Numbered from the stretch's first letter, positions 49,784 to 60,558 are shown. The stretch is 64,000 nt of DNA from Candidatus Bathyarchaeota archaeon (GCA_963815095.1 CAWFFH010000003.1:736001-800000); one strand, 5' to 3'. Numbers and translations are program-made. Notes: generated from the letters alone by a model not told the origin.

Positions 49784-49938
49784 TCCTTCCTTTTGTTTTT
49801 AGACTTATTTTTTCCTTCCCCGTTTCAGCTAATCTGTATTATGTCAAAAACCCCATGGTTTATACGTAAATTTGTACTAAAAGCGTATAAACCCCTTCTT
49901 TCAATCTAAGAGCATTTACTGCTTGAGGGGACTGAAAA

Positions 49939-51423
49939 ATAGGCTGCGGTATCTTTGGGGCAATAAATTATGATAATCAACTAGTTTTTCCGTATGTTTA
50001 TTGGGGTTTACGTGCACAGAACCATCGGGGACACCAATCACATGGTTTCCTCACATACAGCGACAAACAATTCTTCACTTACAAGAACTTGGATCTAGTT
50101 CCCAAAGTCAAGAGCAATGCTATCCAAGAATGGTTTGGCCGTTTGCCTGGATCTATAGGCATTGGTAACGTAAGGTATACAACCTCAGGCAAATGCGATG
50201 ACGTTTCTATAATTCAGGGTACACAGCCTGTGATAGCTTCTATTGATGGAATAAAAGTTGCACTGTCATTCAATGGTAACATCGTAAATACGTTGCCGCT
50301 GAAAAAAGAAATGACTGAAAACTTCCCAGATTTCCTCTATAACTGTGATTCTGACATAGTTTGTCACAAAATGCTTCAGGGATTAAAACAGGGTAAAGAT
50401 TTGGAATCTGCTGCTCGTACCGTTATGGAGGGCTTGGATGGCGCATTCTCCGTGATAGGTATTACAGGCGAGGGAGATTTTTTTGCCTTCAAAGACCCTC
50501 ATGGAATAAAACCGTTGTGTGCTGGACATGACCCAAATGGAAAAACTTTTGCTTTTTCATCTGAAACTGTCAGTTTAGACATGAATAGTTTTGTGCGGGA
50601 CTTTGAATTAAAACCCGGTGAACTCGTAACCGCTTCACCCGAAGGCTTCAAACGTACCCAAGTTATCAAAAATCCCAGAGAGGCCTTTTGCGCTTTTGAA
50701 TATGCTTATTTTGCAAGGCCCGACTCCACATTTGGCGATGATAAATACGTTTATGAAATGCGAGAGGATTTCGGAAGAAACATTGTGAAAGAATTCCCAG
50801 AAATCGCCAAAGACGGCGACATCATAATGTCGGTTCCTGAAACTGGCGACGACTCCGCAATGGGTGTTCATGAAGCGTCAGGTTTACGTTGGGAACGAGC
50901 TTCAAGACGCCACCGCTATGTTACCGAACGTGCTTTCATTCTGCTAAACACAGAGCGATTCTCGACAATTGATAAGAAGATTAACATTTTAGGCTCCAAA
51001 GTCGCTGGCAAGCGAGTCATTATAACCGAAGATAGCATCGTCCGAGGAGACACGACCAAAGTTATTATCGAGAAACTGCGTAAAGCAGGAGCAAAAAAAG
51101 TATACGTCTTCGTAACTTTCCCCCGCATTATTGGACCCTGCTTCTACGGCATCGACATGTCCACTTATGGGCAACTCGTCGGTTCAAGAAATGACGCCGC
51201 AGGAATCGCTAAAATCATCGGTGCAGACGGCGTATGCTATCAATCCCTCGAAGGGCTCATAGGGGCGACCGGACACACAGAAGACCAACTTTGCTTAGCC
51301 TGCGTCACAGGCAAGTACCCCACGCCGTGCGCGCAGAAAATGGCTGACATAATGAAAAAACGTTTCCAAGAAGGCTACGAAGAAAAAAGCAGAATCTACG
51401 AGTCTGAAGAAGCTCAGCCGTAA
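49939..51423 (+). CDS. purF: Amidophosphoribosyltransferase (4Fe-4S type), apparent ATA start
   Basis: The frame upstream of ORF 50089 reads ATA-GGC-TGC-GGT-ATC-TTT-GGG (CGIFG), then QNHRG, NVRYTT, CAFEYAYFARPDS, EDSIVRGDT, PCFYGID and CLAC. Confidence 0.92.
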   Translation: MGCGIFGAINYDNQLVFPYVYWGLRAQNHRGHQSHGFLTYSDKQFFTYKNLDLVPKVKSNAIQEWFGRLPGSIGIGNVRYTTSGKCDDVSIIQGTQPVIASIDGIKVALSFNGNIVNTLPLKKEMTENFPDFLYNCDSDIVCHKMLQGLKQGKDLESAARTVMEGLDGAFSVIGITGEGDFFAFKDPHGIKPLCAGHDPNGKTFAFSSETVSLDMNSFVRDFELKPGELVTASPEGFKRTQVIKNPREAFCAFEYAYFARPDSTFGDDKYVYEMREDFGRNIVKEFPEIAKDGDIIMSVPETGDDSAMGVHEASGLRWERASRRHRYVTERAFILLNTERFSTIDKKINILGSKVAGKRVIITEDSIVRGDTTKVIIEKLRKAGAKKVYVFVTFPRIIGPCFYGIDMSTYGQLVGSRNDAAGIAKIIGADGVCYQSLEGLIGATGHTEDQLCLACVTGKYPTPCAQKMADIMKKRFQEGYEEKSRIYESEEAQP

Positions 51424-51461
51424 TCGCTATTAAGCGTTCCGTCCACTTTCTATCAGGTACG

Positions 51462-52883
51462 GTGTCTCGGATGGAAAAAATAGGTGTCCTAGTCGTTTCT
51501 TATGGAGCACGAGAAGTCGCCATAGCCGATACTCTTCTAAGGAGCAAAAAATACCAAGTAAAACTCTACGTCGCCGACAAACAATTTAACCCCTTCAACG
51601 CAGAAAAAGCCACAAAACACAAAGTCATCCCAAACCTCGACATAGAAGAAATCTGCAAGTTCGCCGAAGCAAACAAAGAAAAACTTGACTTTGTCATGGT
51701 TGGCTCCGAAAAACCTATAATTGAAGGCATCCGTGACTTAATCGAGAAAAAAACAGGTATACCTGTGATTTGTCCCACCAAAGAATATGCTATAGAGGAA
51801 AGCAAAGTCGCTCAAAGGGTACTTTTTGAGGAGATTGCACCCGAAGCGAATCCACGATTCAAAGTTTTCCACCCAGCCGATTACAAGGGCAAAGATGTTC
51901 AGAAGTCTGTATATCAATGGTTAGATGAATTGAATAACCAAGCCGTCGTCAAACCCGACAAGCCTGCTTTGGGTAAAGGTGTTGGTGTCTGGGGTGACCA
52001 CTTCGCGAATCGTGAGCAGCTTTTTGAGCATTTCATGTCCAATTTCAAGTACGGTTCAGTCATTATCGAAGAAAAAATCGATGGCGAAGAATCCAGCTGC
52101 ATGGGCTTCTGTGATGGCAAACACTTCATTCCCCTGCCCGACACGCGTGACTACAAACGTGCCTTTGACAATGACGTAGGTCCAAACACTGGTGGCATGG
52201 GCTCCTACAAAGATGTTGCCGATTGGTTGCCATTCTTAACTTCAGCTGAACGTGAAAAGGAGCGCGCGTTAGCAAACAAGGTTTTCAAAGGCTGGAAAAC
52301 CAAAATAAGCGATGATACCGCCCTTCGAGGTGTTCCATTGTATCTTGCCTTTATGCATACTGGAAAAGGCATCAAAATCCTCGAAATCAACAGTCGCCCT
52401 GGCGATCCCGAAATTATGAACCTTCTGCCAATCATCAAAGACGACTTCGTTGATGTCTGCCTAAAAATGATTAGTGGTAACTTGACGGGTGTTGCACTTG
52501 AAAAGTCTGCGACGGTTTTAACTTACAAAGTTCCAGCAGACTACGGCGGTTATGCAGAAACCTTTCCTGCCAAAATCGACAAATCTGCAATTACCTCGCC
52601 CGTTGACCTAACTAAAGCCCAAGCATTAACCAAGAAGTACGGCGACAAAATCCGCATCTACCCCGGCTCCATGGAGCTGCGAGAAGGCAAAAACTACGCC
52701 CTCAAATCCCGAGCAATTGGTATCCTTGGCATTGGCAGCAGCATCGAGGAAGCGCGCAAAATTAGTCAAGAAGGCGCCAAAGTCATTACTGGCGGTGCAC
52801 TCTGGAACCGCACCGACGTAGCCTCAAAACAGCATATAGCCAAAAGCGTTGAGCACATGGATAGGTTGAGGCACAAGGCTTGA
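51462..52883 (+). CDS. purD: Phosphoribosylamine--glycine ligase
   Basis: GARE.AI, IEESK, VVKP...GKGV, DYKRAFD.D.GPNTGGMGS and EINSRPGDPE. Confidence 0.95.
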   Translation: MSRMEKIGVLVVSYGAREVAIADTLLRSKKYQVKLYVADKQFNPFNAEKATKHKVIPNLDIEEICKFAEANKEKLDFVMVGSEKPIIEGIRDLIEKKTGIPVICPTKEYAIEESKVAQRVLFEEIAPEANPRFKVFHPADYKGKDVQKSVYQWLDELNNQAVVKPDKPALGKGVGVWGDHFANREQLFEHFMSNFKYGSVIIEEKIDGEESSCMGFCDGKHFIPLPDTRDYKRAFDNDVGPNTGGMGSYKDVADWLPFLTSAEREKERALANKVFKGWKTKISDDTALRGVPLYLAFMHTGKGIKILEINSRPGDPEIMNLLPIIKDDFVDVCLKMISGNLTGVALEKSATVLTYKVPADYGGYAETFPAKIDKSAITSPVDLTKAQALTKKYGDKIRIYPGSMELREGKNYALKSRAIGILGIGSSIEEARKISQEGAKVITGGALWNRTDVASKQHIAKSVEHMDRLRHKA

Positions 52884-53962
52884 CGCGCGTTTTTATATCT
52901 GACTGTGAAGGACCCATATCCAAAAACGACAACGCTTTCGAACTGGCAGAGAACTTTATTCCAAACGGTGACAAATTTTTCACAAACATAAGCTTGTACG
53001 ATGATGTTCTAGCAGATAGCTTTCACAAACCTGGTTACAATGCGGGTAGCACACTCAAGTTGATTTTACCCTTCTTCAAAGCTTATGGCATAACCGATGG
53101 TCAAATGGAAGATTTCTCCGCTAGAAACATTGTTTTAATCGCTAACACCAAAACCACCCTCCACCACATACAATCACTAACCGACGCCTTCATAGTCAGT
53201 ACCAGCTATGAACACTACATCAAAGCCCTCTGCAAAGCAGTCAATTTCCCATACAAAAACACATACTGCACAAAAGTTGCTCTCGACAAATCTCCAATCA
53301 CTCCTCAAGAAAAAGAGCGCCTAAGAAAGATAGCCCAAGAAATCGCGCAAATGCCGCCAATTGAAATTCCGTCAAACGCAAAAAACCTCATGGATTTTTC
53401 GATCAGCGACCAAACCCTTATCCAGCGCTTGGACGAGATTTTCTGGAGTCTAATTCCTAAAACGTTTGTCGGCAAATTTCTCACAGAAATAGTAACAGTT
53501 GGTGGGGAACAAAAAGCCGAAGCCATACGTGATGCCGCAAAACGTTCAGGTGTAGCGCTGGAGGATGTTCTGTATGTAGGTGACAGCATCACCGACGTAG
53601 AAGCTTTCAAACTCGTTCGCGATAACGGGGGTTTAACGGTATCTTTCAACGGAAACCGTTATGCAGTGAAGAATGCTGAGGTAGCTATACAGTCGGAAAG
53701 TAACCTTGTCACGGCTGTGGTAGCTGACTTATTCATCAAGTTAGGCAAAAAACAAACTCTCAACGCTCTCGGGTCATGGAACTTCGAAGCCCTCAATAAA
53801 AGCAAAGTTGATGAGGCTTTACTCCAACAACTCTTCGTCATTTCCCCTGACTGTTTGCCCAAGGTTCAAATAGTTACAGCAGAAAATATGGAATCACTCA
53901 TAAAAGAGAGCAGCGCGTTTAGGAAGAAGGTTCGGGGAGTAGCTATCGGGAGACTTGGATAA
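52880..53962 (+). CDS. HAD-superfamily phosphatase (EhaR/AF1437-like)
   Basis: Motif I DCEGP, II IVSTS, III K(AEA), IV YVGDSITD; start overlaps the purD stop (TTGA). Confidence 0.85.
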   Translation: MTRVFISDCEGPISKNDNAFELAENFIPNGDKFFTNISLYDDVLADSFHKPGYNAGSTLKLILPFFKAYGITDGQMEDFSARNIVLIANTKTTLHHIQSLTDAFIVSTSYEHYIKALCKAVNFPYKNTYCTKVALDKSPITPQEKERLRKIAQEIAQMPPIEIPSNAKNLMDFSISDQTLIQRLDEIFWSLIPKTFVGKFLTEIVTVGGEQKAEAIRDAAKRSGVALEDVLYVGDSITDVEAFKLVRDNGGLTVSFNGNRYAVKNAEVAIQSESNLVTAVVADLFIKLGKKQTLNALGSWNFEALNKSKVDEALLQQLFVISPDCLPKVQIVTAENMESLIKESSAFRKKVRGVAIGRLG

Positions 53963-54871
53963 ATGGGTAAAGCGCAAATTGAAGACACTTACGCTGAAGT
54001 GTTTACTGGAATTTATTGTCGGGTAATCGTTACTGCAGACGATGAGCAAATCCTGCGTAAGGCAGCTGAGGACTCCACCGCAACACCGTCCGTTGTAATT
54101 GGCAGAACCGAGGGCGGCGTAGAAAAATACCTAACTCCAAACGAAACCCCCGACAAACGTGTAGGTGCCATATTACAGTTCTGGGGCGAAATCAACCCCA
54201 AAAAAACATTTGCCGAATCGCTAAAAAAATTCGAAACTGAACTTTCTTACCGCATTCGTCAAGATATTCTTGTCAAACCCTTTACAGCAGTCTTCGATGC
54301 AATGCCACGAGGTGAGGGCAAGTTGGATATGATGGAGAGCGTGGGTCACTGCGGCGATGGATATGAATGGGTCGAAAAGCGATATGGCAGAGAAGTCATC
54401 GTTGTTCCTCTGATGGTGCCGGACTTCATTATTGAACGTTATCTTGGTTACGCAAAGGGCGTTATGGGCGGCAACTTCTGGGTAATGTGCACTTCAAAGC
54501 AAGCACTCGTGGAATCAGGCGCCAAAGCGCTCAAGGCAATTCACAAAGTTTACGGAGTCGTAACCACCTTTGACATTTGCTCAGCCGGCAGCAAACCAGA
54601 AACCCATTTCCCAAAGATTGGGCCAACCACCAATCACCTGTACTGTCCATCGCTTAAATCGCGCTTAGGCAAGGAATCCAAGGTTCCCCAAGGCGTGGGA
54701 TACATAGCCGAAATCGTCTATGACGGCATTTCCTTAGACGCCATCAAAGAAGCCACCAAAGCAGGAATCAAAGCTGTATTAGACGTCGATGGCGTCACCC
54801 GGATTTCCGCAGGCAACTACGGCGGCAAAATAGGAGAACACAAAATCCAATTAAAGGAGTTATTTCCATGA
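53963..54871 (+). CDS. ftr: Formylmethanofuran--H4MPT formyltransferase homolog (divergent Ftr-2/EhaS-like)
   Basis: IEDTYAE, ETPDKR.G, GDGYE, GVMGGNF, SAGSK, TTNH.YCP and ISAGNYGG. Confidence 0.88.
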   Translation: MGKAQIEDTYAEVFTGIYCRVIVTADDEQILRKAAEDSTATPSVVIGRTEGGVEKYLTPNETPDKRVGAILQFWGEINPKKTFAESLKKFETELSYRIRQDILVKPFTAVFDAMPRGEGKLDMMESVGHCGDGYEWVEKRYGREVIVVPLMVPDFIIERYLGYAKGVMGGNFWVMCTSKQALVESGAKALKAIHKVYGVVTTFDICSAGSKPETHFPKIGPTTNHLYCPSLKSRLGKESKVPQGVGYIAEIVYDGISLDAIKEATKAGIKAVLDVDGVTRISAGNYGGKIGEHKIQLKELFP

Positions 54872-55782
54872 CAAAATTTGATGTTTTAGGTTTCGGAGCA
54901 CTCAACGTTGACATGCTCTTCAAAGTAGAAAAATTTGCAACCGCTGAAAAAGAAAGCTTCATCACAGATTACACGGAAGCCTGCGGCGGCTCAGCAGCAA
55001 ACACGATTGTAGGGCTATCTAGGCTTGGCTGCAAAGTTGGGTTCATAGGAAAAATTGCAGGCGACCGAGAAGGCAAACTGCAACTCGAATGCTTCAAAGC
55101 CGAAGGCGTGGACACTAGCGGAATTATTGAGATGAAAAATGGCAGAAGCGGTTCAGTGATGGGTTTCGTGGACAGAACGGGCGCAAGAACCCTCTACATT
55201 AACTCAGGCGTCAACGACTTAATCGAGCCAAGAGAAATCAAATACGAATACATTTCTCAAACCAAGCTCATCCATCTGTCATCTTTTGTCGGTGAAAAAT
55301 CGTTCCGTGCACAAAAAAAACTGTTAAGCTCCCTACCTGAAGGCGTCGAAATCAGCTTCGATCCGGGTTCAGTGTATGCTCAGAAGGGTTTCGGAGTCAT
55401 AGAACCCATAATAAAGAACTCTCACGTCATAATGCCCAACGCAGCTGAACTTGAACTGTTAACAGGTGAAGAAGATTTCCGTAAGGGCGCCGATTTCATG
55501 ATTGGGATGGGTGTTAAGATTGTGGCGGTGAAGCTTGGCAACAAAGGCTGCTATGTTACCGATGGCCAAGAACATCTCAACGTGGAACCATTCAAAGTTA
55601 AAGCGCTCGATACCACAGGTGCAGGAGATGCTTTCAACGCGGGTTTTCTCTACGGTTTAATACATGAAAAAAGCCTCTATGAATGCGGTCAGCTGGGCAA
55701 TTTTGTTGGCTCCCGAAATGTGTTGGCGATGGGTGCACGCTCAGGATTGCCCTATGCTAAAGACTTAGCATTTCTTCGATAG
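54868..55782 (+). CDS. PfkB-family carbohydrate/nucleoside kinase
   Basis: GALNVD, GGSAAN, FDPG, PNAAE and [12 protein letters not shown]; ATGA overlap with ftr. Confidence 0.92.
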   Translation: MTKFDVLGFGALNVDMLFKVEKFATAEKESFITDYTEACGGSAANTIVGLSRLGCKVGFIGKIAGDREGKLQLECFKAEGVDTSGIIEMKNGRSGSVMGFVDRTGARTLYINSGVNDLIEPREIKYEYISQTKLIHLSSFVGEKSFRAQKKLLSSLPEGVEISFDPGSVYAQKGFGVIEPIIKNSHVIMPNAAELELLTGEEDFRKGADFMIGMGVKIVAVKLGNKGCYVTDGQEHLNVEPFKVKALDTTGAGDAFNAGFLYGLIHEKSLYECGQLGNFVGSRNVLAMGARSGLPYAKDLAFLR

Positions 55783-56583
55783 TTTGTCGATAATGCTTTG
55801 GAAAATTAGTTTGCCATCCCCATACTGTAGCATCTGTTGCTGACGTGTCCATTCGGGTTGCTGCCACCAGTACATTGCTCTCTCTGGGTGAGGCATTAAA
55901 CCGAGGATGTTGCCTTCTTTGTTACTGATTCCTGCAATATCGTAGAAGGAGCCATTGGGGTTGGTTGGGTATTTGCCGTCGGCGACTTCGCCGTCTTTGG
56001 TGCAATAGCGGAAAACCAGCATGTCCTCATCAATTAGTTTCTTTAGCAATGCTTGCTCTTGATCTTTGGGAAACAGCAATCGTCCTTCTCCATGGGCGAT
56101 GGGTAAATTGATAACTTTCCCAGTAGGGATTTTGGTTGTGAATGCGCATTTGCCTTTGTTTTCCTGTTTCAAATATGTCCATTGGCATTTGAAGCCCGCA
56201 GGCTCATTGGTTGTCAATGTGGCTTCGGGGTAGGCGCTCATGCCTTTGAAGCCGGGAAGCAACCCGTACTCAACAAGAATTTGGAAGCCGTTGCATATGC
56301 CCAAGATTGGTCTACCTTCATCGATGAAAGTTTCCATTTCTTTAGATAGGTTCGCGGAGAGATGTCTTGCAAAAATGACACCTGAACGAACGTAGTCGCC
56401 AAACGAGAAGCCGCCTGGAAAAACCAGCACAGAATAATCCAACAAATTGCGGCGTTTAATTAACTCATTAACATGGACTGATTCTGATTGAACACCCAAC
56501 TCTTGGAAGGCACGCTGAGTTTCTGCATCGCAGTTAGTGCCGCCGACTCGAATTACGCAGACTTTGATTTCTTCTTGGTTCAT
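55765..56583 (-). CDS. purQ: FGAM synthase glutaminase subunit
   Basis: GTNCD, PGGFSFGDY, GICNGFQIL, IAHGEG and MPHPER. Confidence 0.96.
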   Translation of the reverse strand: MNQEEIKVCVIRVGGTNCDAETQRAFQELGVQSESVHVNELIKRRNLLDYSVLVFPGGFSFGDYVRSGVIFARHLSANLSKEMETFIDEGRPILGICNGFQILVEYGLLPGFKGMSAYPEATLTTNEPAGFKCQWTYLKQENKGKCAFTTKIPTGKVINLPIAHGEGRLLFPKDQEQALLKKLIDEDMLVFRYCTKDGEVADGKYPTNPNGSFYDIAGISNKEGNILGLMPHPERAMYWWQQPEWTRQQQMLQYGDGKLIFQSIIDKLSKKC

Positions 56584-58967
56584 TGAGATTCAACCTCTGG
56601 ACTTAGGGTTTTTTTCCAACTACGCCTTAGCGTTTCGAGTGAAGCATCAACAGTAACTTTGCCTTTTAAATCATGGACAAGTAGCTTCTGCTCTTTAGTT
56701 ACCTTGCCAATCAAAGTGCAGTTTTTGCCCTTCATTAATTCCTCAAAGTTCTCTTTATCCGCTTCTGCAACTTCTATTAGGAAACGACTGTTTGATTCAG
56801 AGAACAAAACGAAATCATTTCGGGTTAACTCCTTCCCTGAAACCCCTCGCAAATCTATCTCTAAACCGAGGCCGCCTGCAAACGCCATCTCCGCCGTCGC
56901 CACCGCTAAGCCACCTTCCGAGAGATCATGACATGACTTGACTAAACCCTCATCGATAGCTTTTGTCACGATTTTGAAGGTGCGTTTGGCTTTTGCTCCC
57001 CTTACTTTGGGTACGCTTGCACCGAGGAAGCCTTTAAGTTTGTAGTATTCGGAGCCGCCGAGTTCGTTGAAGGTTTCGCCGATGATGTAGAGGAGGTTGC
57101 CTGCTGCTTTGAGGTCCATAGATGTGGTAGATTGGATGTTTGGAATTACCCCTATTGCGGTGATTAGAAGCGTGGGAGTTACTGTTCCAAGCGGCGATTC
57201 GTTGTAGAGGCTGTCTTTGCCCGAAATGAATGGTGCCTTAAACGCAACTGCGAAATCGTAACATGCCTCACACGCTCGGACAAGTGAGCCCAATCTTTCG
57301 GTTTTTTCTGGGTTGCCCCACGTGAAATTGTCCAAAAGCGAAATTCTTCTTCCGCCAACTGCGATGTTATTGCGTATGGCTTCATCGATTGCTGAAGCCG
57401 CCATCCAGTAAGCATCAATCTTGCCGAAGTTGGGGTTCATGCCACAAGAAATCGTTAAGCACTTTAGCGAGTCGTCGAGGGGTTTTAGCACGGCAGCATC
57501 ATTTGGTCCCGCATACTGACCTTGAAGAGGTTTGAGAGTAGTGTTGCCTTTTACCTCGTGGTCGTAGGTGCGTATGACGCTTTCTTTGCTGGCAATGTTT
57601 GGTGCAGCGAGCAGATGTAGCAGGGTTTCGGTTAGATTTGTTGGCTCTGGAAAGTCTGGTTCGGTGAAGGTTGTTTTTTCGACGGTGGCAACTTTGGTGC
57701 TAGTGCATGGGTTGAATAGGAAAGTCATGTCTATGTCGCTGACAGTTTCTCCGCTGTAAGTAAGTATTAGGCGTCTTTCAGGTGTTAGAGCTCCAATTGC
57801 TGTTGCTATAACGTCTTCCTTCTCAAAAACAGCCATCACCTGCTCCAAATTTTCCGGAGGAACAGTGATTAACATGCGTTCTTGGGATTCGGAGAGATAA
57901 ATTTCCCATGGCGCCAAACCTTGATACTTCAAAGGCACCTTCGACAAGTCCGCGGTGACTCCGCAGTTAAAACGTTCTGCAGTTTCGCCGACGGCTGACG
58001 ATAAGCCTCCGCCGCCAATATCAGTAACGGCTGAGGCAAGTTGGAGATCACGAATCTCAATTATTGCTCGTTTAACTTTTTCTTCCTCAATAGGGTCTGC
58101 GATTTGGACAGCAGGCCGCGAGATTTCCTCCGATTTCTCGGTGAGTTCGGCCGAGGCGAAGGTTACCCCGTGGATGCCGTCGCGTCCAGTTTTTCCGCCT
58201 GCCAAAACTACGATGTCGCCGACTTTGGCGTTTTTGGCGTATCTGTTTAGGGGTAAGAGTCCTATGCATCCGCAATATACGGTGACGTTGCCCGTGTAGG
58301 ACTCGTCGAAATATATTGCGCCGTTGACCGTTGGGATGCCCATGTTGTTGCCGTAGGTGCTTATGCCCGCGGTCACCCCCATGTACACGTATTTAGGGTG
58401 CTTAACGCCCACTGGAAGCTTTTTGTAATCGTAATCTAAAGGACCAAAACCCAAAACATCAGTGCATGCAATTGGATCAGCCCATACGCCCAAAATATCA
58501 CGAATAACGCCGCCAACGCCCGTTGCTGCGCCTCCAAATGGCTCCACCGCCGATGGGTGATTGTGGGTTTCCACTTTTGCCGCTATGCCATAGCCCTTGT
58601 CAAACTTGACTATGCCCGCGTTGTCTTCAAACACGCTTACAGTCCAGGGCGCCTTAATTTGTTTGGTGGCTCTAGCAATGTAGGTTTTGAAAAGGCTGTT
58701 GATTTCTTTGCCGTCAAGTTGGATTTTTCCCTTAAAGGTCTTATGGCAACAGTGTTCACTCCATGTTTGGGCGATAGTTTGGAGTTCAACATCGGTGGGG
58801 CTGCGTTTTTCGGTTTTAAAATAAGTCTGAATTTCCCTGAGTTCCTGAGCGCTGAATCCCAACGCGAGTTCGCTGTTGACTTCGGCGAGTTGTTCATCTG
58901 TGGCATTTGCTGTAACCGCTTCAAAAACTAGGCTATTTTTGCGTTGGCTGTAAAGGTTAGCGTTCAT
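56580..58967 (-). CDS. purL: FGAM synthase synthetase subunit
   Basis: WSEHCCHK, KVETHNHPS, GRDGIHG, SESQER, SGKDSLYN and HDLSEGGL. Confidence 0.97.
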   Translation of the reverse strand: MNANLYSQRKNSLVFEAVTANATDEQLAEVNSELALGFSAQELREIQTYFKTEKRSPTDVELQTIAQTWSEHCCHKTFKGKIQLDGKEINSLFKTYIARATKQIKAPWTVSVFEDNAGIVKFDKGYGIAAKVETHNHPSAVEPFGGAATGVGGVIRDILGVWADPIACTDVLGFGPLDYDYKKLPVGVKHPKYVYMGVTAGISTYGNNMGIPTVNGAIYFDESYTGNVTVYCGCIGLLPLNRYAKNAKVGDIVVLAGGKTGRDGIHGVTFASAELTEKSEEISRPAVQIADPIEEEKVKRAIIEIRDLQLASAVTDIGGGGLSSAVGETAERFNCGVTADLSKVPLKYQGLAPWEIYLSESQERMLITVPPENLEQVMAVFEKEDVIATAIGALTPERRLILTYSGETVSDIDMTFLFNPCTSTKVATVEKTTFTEPDFPEPTNLTETLLHLLAAPNIASKESVIRTYDHEVKGNTTLKPLQGQYAGPNDAAVLKPLDDSLKCLTISCGMNPNFGKIDAYWMAASAIDEAIRNNIAVGGRRISLLDNFTWGNPEKTERLGSLVRACEACYDFAVAFKAPFISGKDSLYNESPLGTVTPTLLITAIGVIPNIQSTTSMDLKAAGNLLYIIGETFNELGGSEYYKLKGFLGASVPKVRGAKAKRTFKIVTKAIDEGLVKSCHDLSEGGLAVATAEMAFAGGLGLEIDLRGVSGKELTRNDFVLFSESNSRFLIEVAEADKENFEELMKGKNCTLIGKVTKEQKLLVHDLKGKVTVDASLETLRRSWKKTLSPEVESQ

Positions 58968-59215
58968 TTGACTTCAGCGACGCTTATGGTGTAGTTGTCT
59001 TTGGTCGGGTTTGCCAATAGGCGTTTGCTCATTTCTTCAGCCTTCGCCTTCGCCTCAGTGAACGTGTCAGCGTCGAGGTGTACGGTGTAGACTTTGCTGA
59101 CATCCACCGCTTGGACATTGTAGCCGAGTTCTATAAGTAAACGTGCAGTAGTTTCGCCTTCCGGGTTGCTGTGTCCGGGTTTGAGGCTGACCTCGATTTT
59201 TGCAGCGTATTTCAT
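58964..59215 (-). CDS. purS: FGAM synthase subunit PurS
   Basis: LKPG..NPEG and LLANP; coupled to purL. Confidence 0.93.
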   Translation of the reverse strand: MKYAAKIEVSLKPGHSNPEGETTARLLIELGYNVQAVDVSKVYTVHLDADTFTEAKAKAEEMSKRLLANPTKDNYTISVAEVK

Positions 59216-59271
59216 AAGCCTCTAAATTAAGCATCAGGATTTAAACGCTTTCGTCAAGAAAAAAGCAATAT

Positions 59272-60355
59272 TTATGTTAAAATCATATGTTTATTCTGAT
59301 AATCGATTTCAACGACTCTTTCTTTTGCTGTAACTTTGCCTATTCGCTCTGGATTGACGCTATTCTGCTCAAGTGCATCCATGGCTTTGTCAATGTCGGC
59401 TTTATCTACGATTATCCCAAAGCCCCACCCCATGTTGAAAGTTCTAAACATTTCCTCATCCGTTATGGTTAAGCCTAGTTCTGCTGCGGTTTTTTGGATT
59501 AAGCCAAAGACTGGTTGGGGTTTGAAATTGTTGAAGTCGAATCCTATTCCCGTTGAGTAGTTGGCTAAGTTGTTGAATTTTAGGTAGGCGTCGCCTGTTA
59601 TGTGCACGGCTGCCTTGACTTTAACTTCACTTGCCAACTTGAGTAGCGCTTTGACATAGATTTTTGTCGGTTCGAGAACTTCTAATGCATACTTCCCTAT
59701 CCAAGCCGTCGGGGATGTCGGTCGGATTGTATTTTCCTCCCCATTGTTTGAAGAGAACCTTTCTTACCAAAGTGATGCCGTTGCTGTGGACGCCGCTGCT
59801 GGTTAATCCGATGATGGGGTCGCCGGGTTTGATTCCTTCTCCCGTGATGATGTTTGGTTTGTCAACTTTACCTATTGCTGAAACAACAATGTCGAAGCCT
59901 GAGTTGGGGGTGAGGCCTTTGATGATTTCTGCGACGTCGCCTGTTTCGCCGTTTACAATTGGGCATTCGGATTGGTTGGCGCCGTCGATTATGCCTTTGA
60001 GCCATGCGTTTACAAGTTTAGGTTCACTGGCGGTTGCATGAATGTTGTCTGCGAGGGCGAGGGGTTTAGCTCCTGAGCGGATAACATCATTAACCACCAT
60101 AGCCACAGCATCAACGCCTATAGTGTCATATTTACCCGCGAGTTCAGCAACCAACACTTTAGTTCCGACGCCTTCAATTTCTAAATCAAGAAAAACGTTG
60201 TCGCCGACGGAGAATATGTTGCTATACGGCAGATGCATAATGCCGCCAAAACCGATGTGCCTGTACGTTTCTTTGAGTGAGGTCAGCGCTTTTTTGGATT
60301 CATGGCGTTGCTGCCGATTGACGCCTGCGTCAGTATAAGTGTAGTTTTTGGGCAC
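59272..60355 (-). CDS. purM: AIR synthetase (apparent +1 frameshift at about 59689)
   Basis: Y.DAGV, EGVGTK, NGETG and SSGVHSNG; LEPTKIY..HITG..RTFNMG.G resumes once one base of GTA-T-GCA is removed. Confidence 0.92.
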
Positions 60356-60558
60356 GGACTTGTTTCTCCTTGCACGCTAAATGTGTAGGTTTCTGTCTGA
60401 TAACGATTTTGTTTGAAAACCCCTCAAAACTTTCCCTGAAACGGGTTGAATATTTGATTGAATTTTTGATTATTTCCAAAAAATGGGTTTGGTGTATGCT
60501 ATTGTATACCGATTTGATTTAGGGTAAGGTTTTTGTGCTCAGAACGGTTGATTAGCCA

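Noticed and set aside
53963-54871. Reading ftr simply as the Wood-Ljungdahl methyl-branch enzyme
   Set aside because: Not excluded, but disfavoured: it is coupled to purD rather than to fwd/mch/mtd and departs from canonical Ftr motifs.
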